From: an uncultured Candidatus Neoarthromitus sp. | GTDB taxonomy: Bacteria > Bacillota > Clostridia > Clostridiales > Clostridiaceae | Reading direction: 5' to 3' | Assembly (NCBI GenBank): GCA_937890765.1 | Contig: CALADQ010000026.1 | Span: 131,368 to 163,367 of the forward strand | Length of the DNA stretch: 32,000 bases | Part shown: positions 18,663 to 26,627 of the stretch, in pieces | Layout: each line of letters starts with the position of its first letter | Numbering within the stretch: the stretch's first letter is position 1 | Program-made: the position numbers and the translations under genes | Notes under the pieces: model-generated | What the model saw: only the letters and a program-made list of their open reading frames with translations | The model's database searches: none | Told to the model about the DNA's origin: nothing

Positions 18663-19607
18663 TTATTTATATACTTTTATTTTTTCACAAACTCTAAGTT
18701 TAGCCGATGCAGATCTAGAATTTTTATTTAATTCATTTACTGAAGGCAAAATAGGTTTTTTATTTATAATAGTTATTTCCTTTTTCTTATGGCATTTGCA
18801 AATTGGAAATTGTTTTGGACAAACGCAATCCAAAACTAAATAGTTAAAAACATTTTTAACAATTCTATCTTCTAAAGAATGAAAAGTTATTATGCAAAGT
18901 CTTCCACCAACATTTAAAACTTCCACACAATCCTTAATTGCATTTTCCAAAAGCTCAAGTTCCCCATTTACTTCGATACGAAGAGCTTGAAAAATTTTTT
19001 TAGACGAATGTCCTCGCTTAATTGATTCAGATTTTGGAATAACGCTATCAATTATTTTAACTAAATCCAAAGTTGTTTCAATTTTGTTTAAGCAACGTGC
19101 TTTAACAATTTTATTTGCAATTCTTTTGTGAAATTTTTCTTCGCCATAAATTTTAAATATATTGCTCAGCTTTTCTTCACTATAATCATTAACAACTTCA
19201 TAAGCACTTAAATCTTGAGATTGATTCATTCTCATATCTAATTTTCCATTTCGAATATAACTAAATCCTCTATCGTCTGTATCTATTTGATATGAAGACA
19301 CGCCTAAATCCATAATGATACCATCAACATTTTCGATATTCAAATCACGCAAACAAAATTTTATATTTTTGAAATTATCATTTACAAAAGTTATATTGTT
19401 ATTATTTCCAAATTTCTTTTTACAATAATCAATTGCGTATTCATCTTGATCTATTGCTATTAATTTTCCTTTGTCATTCAAACGATTTAAAATTTGAGCA
19501 GAATGTCCTCCTCCTCCAAGAGTACAATCTACATAAATTCCATGTTGTTTTATATTTAAATTTTCAACACTCTCATTTAACAAAACAGAAAAGTGATTAA
19601 ACTGCAA
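18663..19607 (-). CDS. rsmH: 16S rRNA (cytosine1402-N4)-methyltransferase RsmH (MraW)
   Basis: 314 aa. Motifs are HFSVLLNE, DCTLGGGGHS (SAM binding), DLGVSSYQ and FHSLEDRIVK. TTG start with GAGGA 7 nt upstream. Confidence 0.9.
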   Translation of the reverse strand: MQFNHFSVLLNESVENLNIKQHGIYVDCTLGGGGHSAQILNRLNDKGKLIAIDQDEYAIDYCKKKFGNNNNITFVNDNFKNIKFCLRDLNIENVDGIIMDLGVSSYQIDTDDRGFSYIRNGKLDMRMNQSQDLSAYEVVNDYSEEKLSNIFKIYGEEKFHKRIANKIVKARCLNKIETTLDLVKIIDSVIPKSESIKRGHSSKKIFQALRIEVNGELELLENAIKDCVEVLNVGGRLCIITFHSLEDRIVKNVFNYLVLDCVCPKQFPICKCHKKKEITIINKKPILPSVNELNKNSRSASAKLRVCEKIKVYK

Positions 19608-19715
19608 AATTTATTCCTCATTTCATCTTCAAATAATTTATTAATAGATTATATATTTTTTATAATTTGAAAAAAACCTCTATAAGAAAGTAATTTTTTA
19701 CAAAATTTTTTGTCA

Positions 19716-19748
19716 AAAACAAAAAACCAAACTTATTAAAGTTTGGTT
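19716..19748 (-). terminator. Rho-independent terminator after the M16 peptidase pair
   Basis: The stem pairs aaccaaactt (19725..19734) with aagtttggtt (19739..19748). On the minus strand it is followed by ttttttgttttt. It separates the M16 operon from the dcw operon. Confidence 0.8.
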
Positions 19749-19756
19749 CTAAAAAA

Positions 19757-21016
19757 TCAATTAACTTTAGAGTAAACCATATTTGACTCTTTAAAAATAC
19801 TTTTGAATTCATATACAACATCGTCTAATTGAATTTTATTTATTTCATCAAAATAATCAAACAAATTAGCATTATTTTTCACAAGCTTAACAAATAAATG
19901 CGAAATATTTTCAATACTGTTAAACATATTAACATAATTACCATACATAGATTTCTTTATTCGCTCAAAATTTTCTTTGTCATTGTTAAAATCATATTTT
20001 GAATAATAGTCAAGGAGATTTTCAGGTAAATATTTAAATTTTTCTCCATCACCAACTAAAATATAATGCCCATAATCAAATCCATTTGTGTACTCAGTAT
20101 AATAACTTCCATCAATAATACCACGTTTGTACATCATATCATAAAAATCTGACGTAGCTCTAAAATATAATCTTCGAATTATTTCAAATGTGATTAGCTT
20201 TTTTATGTAGTTTGTAGTTGAACTTATTTCTTTAAATCCCAAAATGTTTGTTGGAATTTTCATATCAAAATTTTCTTCAATATAATGTTCCTTTATGGAA
20301 TCAAATCCATTAAACTTTTCTCTAATTATTTTCCCGTTTTGTTTATTAACAACATGTTTATACAAAATTTCTCTAACATTTAAAGCATTAACATTACCAA
20401 CCACAACCAAAAACATATTATCATTCGAATAAAAACTGTTGTAGCAATCCATAAGATGCTCTTTTGTTATTTGCTTTATTGTGTTAACATCACCTGCAAT
20501 ATCATTTTTCACTGGATGTTCACCGTACATTTTCGATAAGAGATTTTTGTAAACTTTGTTGTAAGGGTCATCATCGTACATCCTAATTTCTTGTTCGATT
20601 ATTAATTTTTCTTTTTCAACACTCTCATCACTTAACTTAATTCCATAAATCATTTTGCATAGTTGCTCGATTGAGTTTTCAAAATTTTCAACGGTGCTAA
20701 AATAATAATTAGTTACATCAAAAGAAGTATAGGCATTTACATCTGCACCTATTTCTGAAAATTTTTTAAAAACGTCATCATTGCCATCACCATCAAACAT
20801 TTTATGTTCTAAAAAATGTGCAATCCCTAAAGGATATCTTTTAAAATTTTTATCTGAATTTCCTTTAAACGAAACGTCATTAGAACCATATCTAACAACA
20901 AAAGAAGCATAAATATCAGAAAATTCTTGTTTTTCCATAACATAAACTTTTAGGCCATTGATTTCAAAAATTTTTATAGATTCTCTAAGCCTATGATTTT
21001 GTAAAATTTCCATCAC
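19757..21016 (-). CDS. M16-family zinc peptidase, catalytically competent subunit
   Basis: 419 aa. GIAHFLEHKMF contains the inverted zincin motif HxxEH. The start ATG overlaps the upstream stop (ATGA). Confidence 0.85.
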   Translation of the reverse strand: MMEILQNHRLRESIKIFEINGLKVYVMEKQEFSDIYASFVVRYGSNDVSFKGNSDKNFKRYPLGIAHFLEHKMFDGDGNDDVFKKFSEIGADVNAYTSFDVTNYYFSTVENFENSIEQLCKMIYGIKLSDESVEKEKLIIEQEIRMYDDDPYNKVYKNLLSKMYGEHPVKNDIAGDVNTIKQITKEHLMDCYNSFYSNDNMFLVVVGNVNALNVREILYKHVVNKQNGKIIREKFNGFDSIKEHYIEENFDMKIPTNILGFKEISSTTNYIKKLITFEIIRRLYFRATSDFYDMMYKRGIIDGSYYTEYTNGFDYGHYILVGDGEKFKYLPENLLDYYSKYDFNNDKENFERIKKSMYGNYVNMFNSIENISHLFVKLVKNNANLFDYFDEINKIQLDDVVYEFKSIFKESNMVYSKVN

Positions 21017-22242
21017 TCATCCTCCTTAAGTGGCCTTACTGAAAAAATTGCAGATTTAAAAATTTTTCCTGAAGCTTCAACAATTCTATCTTTATCAACC
21101 TCATCAATATTTTTAAAAATTTTATCCAAATCGAATTCTTTTTCGAATATATAAAGCGGTGTAACAAAGGAATGAATTGATGAAACGCTATCTTTTATGG
21201 AAGTTAAAAGTTTTTTTATGCTCTTTTTCGCATTTTCAATTTCATAATCGCTAATTTCACCTTTAGAAATTCCACAAATTTCTTTCAATATTATTTCTTT
21301 AGTCATATCAAAATTTTTATCATCAATTCCACACTCTATTGAAAGCATCCCTTTAAATTTTTCATAATAGGAATTTATGTAATAAACAAGATTCCTCTTT
21401 TGTCGAACCTCACGATATAATTTTGAATAACCACCACCCAAAATTTTATTAAAAACAAAAAATGCGTAATAATCTCCATTAAAAATTGTTATAGGCGTTT
21501 TAAAACTTATGACCAATTTTGTTTGAGTCACATCAAAACGTTCAAACTCTTCAACAAAATCCGTATTCAAAAATTTATTTGAGTTGGAAACAAATTTCAT
21601 AAAAAGATTTTCACCAAATTTATCATACAACATTTTTTCAATTTCATTTTCATCAAAATTTCCAACAATAACAAAATAATACGGAGAACTTTTTAATTTC
21701 AAATAAGAATCATAAATAATTTTTCCATCAACTTCACTAAGACGTTCAACATTTCCATATATATAATTTGAATACGGCTCATCCTTAGTCGCTAATTGCT
21801 CACACTTAACATAAGCATAATAATTTTTGGAATCAAGCAAACTTAAAATATTCTTTCTCAAATTTTCCTTTTCAATATTTAAAAGCTCCTCATTAAAACA
21901 ATTATCTTTTTGCAAAACATTATAAAAAATTTCATTCAAAAACTCTATTATTTCATTCCAAAGAGACAAATCTTCATAAGTATAACCATCTTTCAAAAAT
22001 TCCAAATAAATTGTAAATAAAGCAACTTCACCACAATTATTAACGTAACAATTAAAATAAGCCCCATATAATTCTTGAAGTTTGCTATATAATTTTTTTA
22101 AAGAATCATATTTTACCGACCCACACTTAATCATTTCACATATTAAATTAATATCTGTAATTTTTTCATCCAAATCTATTGGTATATTTAAACTGATACT
22201 GTTTGATTTAAATTTATTGTTTTTAAAAAACTTAACGTTCAT
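21013..22242 (-). CDS. M16-family peptidase-like protein lacking the HxxEH motif (non-catalytic partner)
   Basis: About 409 aa with the same size and architecture as its neighbour but no HxxEH. The ORF track starts at a TTG (22266) with no SD. I favour the ATG at 22242 (MNVKFFKNN...), which has AAAGG upstream. Confidence 0.7.
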   Translation of the reverse strand: MNVKFFKNNKFKSNSISLNIPIDLDEKITDINLICEMIKCGSVKYDSLKKLYSKLQELYGAYFNCYVNNCGEVALFTIYLEFLKDGYTYEDLSLWNEIIEFLNEIFYNVLQKDNCFNEELLNIEKENLRKNILSLLDSKNYYAYVKCEQLATKDEPYSNYIYGNVERLSEVDGKIIYDSYLKLKSSPYYFVIVGNFDENEIEKMLYDKFGENLFMKFVSNSNKFLNTDFVEEFERFDVTQTKLVISFKTPITIFNGDYYAFFVFNKILGGGYSKLYREVRQKRNLVYYINSYYEKFKGMLSIECGIDDKNFDMTKEIILKEICGISKGEISDYEIENAKKSIKKLLTSIKDSVSSIHSFVTPLYIFEKEFDLDKIFKNIDEVDKDRIVEASGKIFKSAIFSVRPLKEDE

Positions 22243-22276
22243 AAAAAGAAAAACCTTTCTATACAATTAATTTTAT

Positions 22277-22305
22277 TTGACATTACATGTTTAATAAAAT
22301 ATAAT
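22277..22305 (+). promoter_or_regulatory. Consensus sigma-70-type promoter for selC
   Basis: TTGACA (22277..22282), an exactly 17-nt spacer, and TATAAT (22300..22305). The tRNA starts at 22319. Confidence 0.7.
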
Positions 22306-22318
22306 ACTTGTGTAACAT

Positions 22319-22415
22319 GAGAATAGATGAGTTCTGGTGGGCTCGCCAGTCTTCAAAACTGTGTTGTCGTGCTGATACCACGATAGGTGGGTTCGATTCC
22401 TACATATTCTCGCCA
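22319..22415 (+). tRNA. selC: tRNA-Sec (UCA), selenocysteine tRNA
   Basis: 97 nt. Anticodon loop CTTCAAA gives anticodon TCA. The D-arm has a 6-bp stem (GAGTTC/GGGCTC, including two U:G pairs) and a 4-nt loop TGGT. The long variable arm has stem TGTCGTG/CACGATA. T-arm is TGGG-TTCGATT-CCTA. The acceptor is 8 positions long (GAGAATAG/ATATTCTC, last pair mismatched), with a G73 discriminator and an encoded CCA. The layout parallels E. coli tRNA-Sec. Confidence 0.85.
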
Positions 22416-22491
22416 ATTACATAAATAAATTTTTTCATTTTTTGCTTTTTTAATTTAGCATAAGTTAGAATTTAAATCAAACTTTAAAAAC

Positions 22492-22526
22492 AAAAACAAG
22501 CACATAACCACGTGCTTGTTTTTTAT
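22492..22526. terminator. Bidirectional Rho-independent terminator (selC on plus, ABC operon on minus)
   Basis: The stem pairs acaagcac (22496..22503) with gtgcttgt (22512..22519). It is flanked by an A-run upstream and ttttttattttt downstream, so it reads as hairpin plus T-run on both strands. Confidence 0.75.
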
Positions 22527-22536
22527 TTTTATAAAA

Positions 22537-24336
22537 TTATTCTTGAGAAAATTGGCTATTATACAAATCGGCATAAACACCATTTTGTTTCATTAACTCA
22601 TCATGATTTCCTTGCTCTATTATATCACCATTATTCATAACAAGAATAACATCTGCATCTTTTATTGTAGAAAGTCTGTGTGCAATAACAAAACTCGTTC
22701 TATCTTTCATAAGAATTCTCATGGCTTTTTGTATTAAAAGCTCCGTTCTAGTATCAACATTACTAGTTGCTTCATCTAAAATCAAAATTTTAGGATCAGC
22801 TATTATAGCTCTTGCAATAGTTAACAATTGTTTTTGACCTTGAGAAATATTAGAAGCATCTTCATTTAAAATTGTATCGTAACCATCCTCAAACAACCTT
22901 ATAAATTCATCAGTATGAGCAGATTTTGAAGCAGATAAAATATCTTCAAAAGTTGCCGTATCATTACTGTAAGACAAATTTTCTTTAATACTACCATTAA
23001 ACAACCAAGTATCTTGAAGAACCATGGCAAACAAACTTCTTAAATATTCTCTACTCATTTCTTTAGTATCAATTCCATCAATTTTTATACTTCCAGAACT
23101 AACATCATAAAATCTCATTAAAAGATTTATTAAAGTTGTTTTACCAGCACCAGTATGTCCAACTATTGCAACCTTCTGACCTGGTTCAACATTAATATTA
23201 ATATCATTCATTAAAATTTTATTTGGGGAATAACCAAATCTAACATTCTCGAAAGTGACACGCCCTTTAACATTTTCAATTTCTTTTCCTTGCTTTATAT
23301 CGTCTTCAAATTCTTCTTCGTCCAAAAACTCAAATATTCTTTCGGCCGCAGCCAACGTAGATTGAAAAACACTTGATATACTTGCAATTTGATTTATAGG
23401 CATACCAAATTGACGGGAATATTGAATGAATGCTTGGATATCTCCAATTCCTATTTTCCCAATAATAGCAAAATATCCTCCAACAACAGCTACAACTATA
23501 TAATTAATATTATTTACAAACATCATTATCGGCATGATAAGCCCCGACATAAATTGAGATTTCCATCCATTGTCATAAAGTTTTCCATTAATCTCATCAA
23601 ATTTTTGAACATTATTAGGTTCACGTCCAAATGCTTTTATAACATTGTAACCTGAATACATTTCTTCAATGTATCCATTTAAGTTTCCAATATAATTTTG
23701 TTGTTTTCTGAAATATCTTTGTGATCTAACAACCATTGGTTTTATGAAACTAGTTCCACAAAATAAAATTAATATTGCTATAATAGTCATAGTTGGACTA
23801 ATGCTTATCATTACAGAAACAACTCCAATTATAGTTATTAGTGAAGATATAAACTGAATTAAACTTTCTTGTATAGTTGTGCTAACAAGTTCAACATCAT
23901 TTGTGATACGACTCAACACTTCACCATGAGTTTTTGTATCATAATATTTTAATGGAATTCTCGAAATTTTTAAATTTATATGCTTCCTTATGTCGTACAT
24001 AGTTTTTTGTCCGACACTTGCCATAATATAGTTTTGCAAAAATGTAAAAATACAACCTGTAATATAAATAAGAATCAGACTCAAAATTACTTTTGATATT
24101 AAAACAAAATTAATTCCACCAGTTCCATTTATAATTTTAACAGAACCGTTAACAATTTCGTTTATTGCTATACTCATGACTTTGGGACCAAATATATTAA
24201 ACAACTGTCCACAAATTGCAAAAACTACAATCAAAATTAAAAATTTAGATCTTGGCTTAAAATATCCAAACAATCTTTTAGTTGTCTTTTTAGAATCTTT
24301 AGCTTTTCCCATTGCATGAATTTCTGGTTTCCTCAT
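22537..24336 (-). CDS. ABC exporter half-transporter (TMD-NBD), subunit with the consensus ATPase site
   Basis: 599 aa with a six-TM exporter domain. Walker A is GHTGAGKTT, Walker B plus the catalytic Glu is ILILDEATS, and the switch His is in VIAHRLST. The signature motif is non-canonical (ISQGQ). ATGA overlap with the upstream gene. Confidence 0.9.
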   Translation of the reverse strand: MRKPEIHAMGKAKDSKKTTKRLFGYFKPRSKFLILIVVFAICGQLFNIFGPKVMSIAINEIVNGSVKIINGTGGINFVLISKVILSLILIYITGCIFTFLQNYIMASVGQKTMYDIRKHINLKISRIPLKYYDTKTHGEVLSRITNDVELVSTTIQESLIQFISSLITIIGVVSVMISISPTMTIIAILILFCGTSFIKPMVVRSQRYFRKQQNYIGNLNGYIEEMYSGYNVIKAFGREPNNVQKFDEINGKLYDNGWKSQFMSGLIMPIMMFVNNINYIVVAVVGGYFAIIGKIGIGDIQAFIQYSRQFGMPINQIASISSVFQSTLAAAERIFEFLDEEEFEDDIKQGKEIENVKGRVTFENVRFGYSPNKILMNDININVEPGQKVAIVGHTGAGKTTLINLLMRFYDVSSGSIKIDGIDTKEMSREYLRSLFAMVLQDTWLFNGSIKENLSYSNDTATFEDILSASKSAHTDEFIRLFEDGYDTILNEDASNISQGQKQLLTIARAIIADPKILILDEATSNVDTRTELLIQKAMRILMKDRTSFVIAHRLSTIKDADVILVMNNGDIIEQGNHDELMKQNGVYADLYNSQFSQE

Positions 24337-26063
24337 GACAATTCCTCCTCTGACAACTGAGATTTTGCAATTTCTTGGTAAACTTCACAATTTTGCATAA
24401 GCTCCTTGTGAGTTCCAATGCCTAAAATTTTACCATTATCCAAAACGATTATTTTATCAGAATTCATAACAGAAGAAACTCTTTGTCCAACAATTATTAC
24501 AATTGAATCACTAACTTTTTGTTTAAGTGCTGCCCTAAGCTTAGCATCAGTTTTAAAATCCAATGCAGAAAAACTATCGTCAAACAAATATATTTTTGGT
24601 CTTCTTATTAAAGCTCTCGCAATAGACAATCTTTGTTTTTGTCCACCCGACAAATTGCTTCCACCTTGAGAAACATCAGACTCAAGACCATTTTCCAAAT
24701 TCATAACGAAATCATACGCTTGAGCAATTTTCAAAGACTCTATCATTTCTTCATCTGTTAATCCCTCTTTGCCATAACAAAGATTCGAACGCACTGTTCC
24801 AGAAAAAAGAACAGCTTTCTGAGGAACGTAACCAATAGATTTTCTTAAATCTTTTTGAGTCAATTCCCTTATGTCAATTCCATTCAAAAGAATTTTTCCT
24901 TTTGAAACATCATAAAACCTTTGTATTAAATTTAAAATCGTAGATTTTCCCGAACCAGTTCCACCAATTATTGCAACCGTCTCTCCCGATTTGCATTCAA
25001 AATTTATATTTTCAATATCGTAATCGCCTGAATTGTTATAAGAAAAACTTACGTTGTCAAACTTAAGCGAAGTAACTCCATTTTCATCTAAACTTCTTGG
25101 ATTTTCAGGGTCTAAAATAGAAAAGTCCATCTCCAAAACTTCATTTATACGATTTGATGATGAAATCGCTTTAGGTATCATCGCAAAAAGCATGAAAAAC
25201 ATCATAAGTGCTAACATTATTTGATTTGAGTATTGAACAAATGCAATCAAATCACCAACCAATAAAGTTCCGCCAGCAATTCTCTTTCCGCCAAACCAAA
25301 CAACAGCAACGGAATTTAAATAAAATATTAACATCATGATAGGCATAAGCATTGCAAAAATTTTGTAAGCACCAATCGTATTATTGGTTAAATCTTTATT
25401 AGCGTCATCAAATCTTTTCTCTTCATATTTTTGTTTATTAAAAGCTCTAATAACTCTAATCCCTGTTAAATTTTCTCTCGAAACTAAATTTACTTTATCT
25501 AACTTCTTCTGTATTGATGAAAACATCTTTACAGTCCTAGAACCAATCAAAAGAACAGTAAATACCAAAACTGGAATAGCAATTAACAAAATCAACGAAA
25601 GTTTAACATCTTTATTAATCGCAATTATTAATCCTCCGACTATCATAAGAGGTCCAAATACCATCATTCTCAACATTAAAATCGTCAATGTCTGTATCTG
25701 AGTTATGTCGTTCGTTGTTCTAGTGATAAGTGATGCAACACCGAACTTATTAAATTCTTTAGAGGAAAAACTTTGAACTTTAACAAAAACTTTTCTTCGA
25801 ATATCTTGACCGAATCTAGTCGAAACTCTTGCTGCTAAAAATACAGATGTAATTGAACAAACAACAGCAATTAAAATTACTCCACCCATTTTTATAGCTT
25901 CAATGGATATATTCTTCATACTTTTTTGCATAATACCATTGTCTATAACCTTGGACATTATAGTGGGCAAAAGCAATTCCATCATCGACTGTACAAATAT
26001 TAAAATTATGATGATAAAAATTAATTTACTGTACTTTTTTAAATGTTTAAATAAACTAAACAT
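24333..26063 (-). CDS. ABC exporter half-transporter (TMD-NBD), subunit carrying the degenerate ATPase site
   Basis: 576 aa. Walker A is GGTGSGKST and the signature LSGGQ is canonical. Walker B is IYLFDDS (Asp replaces the catalytic Glu) and the switch region is VGQRVSS (Gln replaces His). AGGAGG SD (rc of 26072..26077) upstream. Confidence 0.9.
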   Translation of the reverse strand: MFSLFKHLKKYSKLIFIIIILIFVQSMMELLLPTIMSKVIDNGIMQKSMKNISIEAIKMGGVILIAVVCSITSVFLAARVSTRFGQDIRRKVFVKVQSFSSKEFNKFGVASLITRTTNDITQIQTLTILMLRMMVFGPLMIVGGLIIAINKDVKLSLILLIAIPVLVFTVLLIGSRTVKMFSSIQKKLDKVNLVSRENLTGIRVIRAFNKQKYEEKRFDDANKDLTNNTIGAYKIFAMLMPIMMLIFYLNSVAVVWFGGKRIAGGTLLVGDLIAFVQYSNQIMLALMMFFMLFAMIPKAISSSNRINEVLEMDFSILDPENPRSLDENGVTSLKFDNVSFSYNNSGDYDIENINFECKSGETVAIIGGTGSGKSTILNLIQRFYDVSKGKILLNGIDIRELTQKDLRKSIGYVPQKAVLFSGTVRSNLCYGKEGLTDEEMIESLKIAQAYDFVMNLENGLESDVSQGGSNLSGGQKQRLSIARALIRRPKIYLFDDSFSALDFKTDAKLRAALKQKVSDSIVIIVGQRVSSVMNSDKIIVLDNGKILGIGTHKELMQNCEVYQEIAKSQLSEEELS

Positions 26064-26304
26064 TTAAAAACCTCCTATACAAAATTAAATTTTACATATC
26101 TAAATTTAGATAATTTAGAAATTATATAACCAAAAAAATAAAAATTGGTTTCACATTAATTACATTTTACATTCTTAATAATTACAAATTAAAATTTATA
26201 AAACTTAACTAAAATATTATAATTTTAATTTTAAAGTTTAACTTGCCTCATAAAATTCAAAATTATACAAATTTTTTTCATTTAATCTCAGTCCATATTT
26301 TAAA

Positions 26305-26346
26305 AAACTAAAAAACAAAAAGTTCAATTTACAAATTGAACTTTTT
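26305..26346 (-). terminator. Orphan intrinsic terminator inside the ychF / ABC-operon intergenic region
   Basis: A 13-bp perfect stem pairs 26318..26330 with 26334..26346 (core agttcaattt/aaattgaact). On the minus strand it is followed by ttttgtttttt. No annotated gene ends here. Confidence 0.6.
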
Positions 26347-26555
26347 GCGTTAACAACTAAAAAATTATTGAATCTTATCTTTCACTAAAACAATTTTAAA
26401 ATTCCCACAATTCTCATGAACAAAATCTGATTTAATATTTTTAAATAAAATATCATTTTATTTCATATGAATTTTGCGACAATGTGAACATAAACATTTT
26501 GATTTAACTTAAAATGAAAATTCAAAATTGACTTTTAAAATTCATGTGAAATATT

Positions 26556-26577
26556 TGAGATTTTGTTTAAAATCTCA
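26556..26577 (-). terminator. Probable ychF terminator hairpin
   Basis: The stem pairs tgagatttt (26556..26564) with aaaatctca (26569..26577), 50 nt downstream of the ychF stop. The trailing tract on the minus strand (aatattt) is a weak T-run. Confidence 0.45.
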
Positions 26578-26627
26578 CTCCGAACGAACTGTGCAAATAT
26601 AAAAAATTATCTGAAAACTCAAATTCA

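Noticed and set aside
19608-19716. A dcw operon promoter. TTGACA is present on the minus strand at 19716..19711, immediately after the upstream terminator.
   Set aside because: The best -10 candidates at 17-18 nt spacing (TTACTT, TACTTT) are poor. I could not define a convincing full promoter or any MraZ-type repeat operator by eye.
22319-26063. selC as an integration hotspot, with the ABC exporter genes downstream as cargo of a genomic island.
   Set aside because: I saw no integrase, no excisionase, no direct repeat of the tRNA 3' end, and no compositional break visible by eye. The ABC operon is on the opposite strand and shares a bidirectional terminator with selC, which looks like native organisation.
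19757-26063. The M16 peptidase pair plus ABC exporters as a RiPP or bacteriocin maturation and export locus, by analogy with AlbE/AlbF-type clusters.
   Set aside because: There is no precursor peptide ORF, radical-SAM enzyme or other modification enzyme, and no immunity gene. The two operons are separated by selC and a terminator, and the exporters lack a C39 peptidase domain.
26097-26112. A perfect 16-bp palindrome tatctaaatttagata about 35-50 bp upstream of the ABC operon start, next to a tctaaatt direct repeat. It could be a repressor operator.
   Set aside because: My rough estimate assumes base composition near 27% GC, which gives about a 0.3 chance of a complementary pair per position. 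On that basis one or two perfect 16-bp palindromes are expected by chance in 32 kb. No regulator gene is adjacent. I kept it only as a note.
26231-26456. Micro-ORFs on the minus strand in the long intergenic region: MIFYLKILNQILFMRIVGILKLF (26456..26385) and MKKICIILNFMRQVKL (26281..26231). They could be a type I toxin or leader peptides.
   Set aside because: Neither has a convincing Shine-Dalgarno sequence. Hydrophobic I/L/F/K-rich peptides arise readily by chance in AT-rich sequence. They are mentioned only as candidates within the leader hypothesis, not called as genes.
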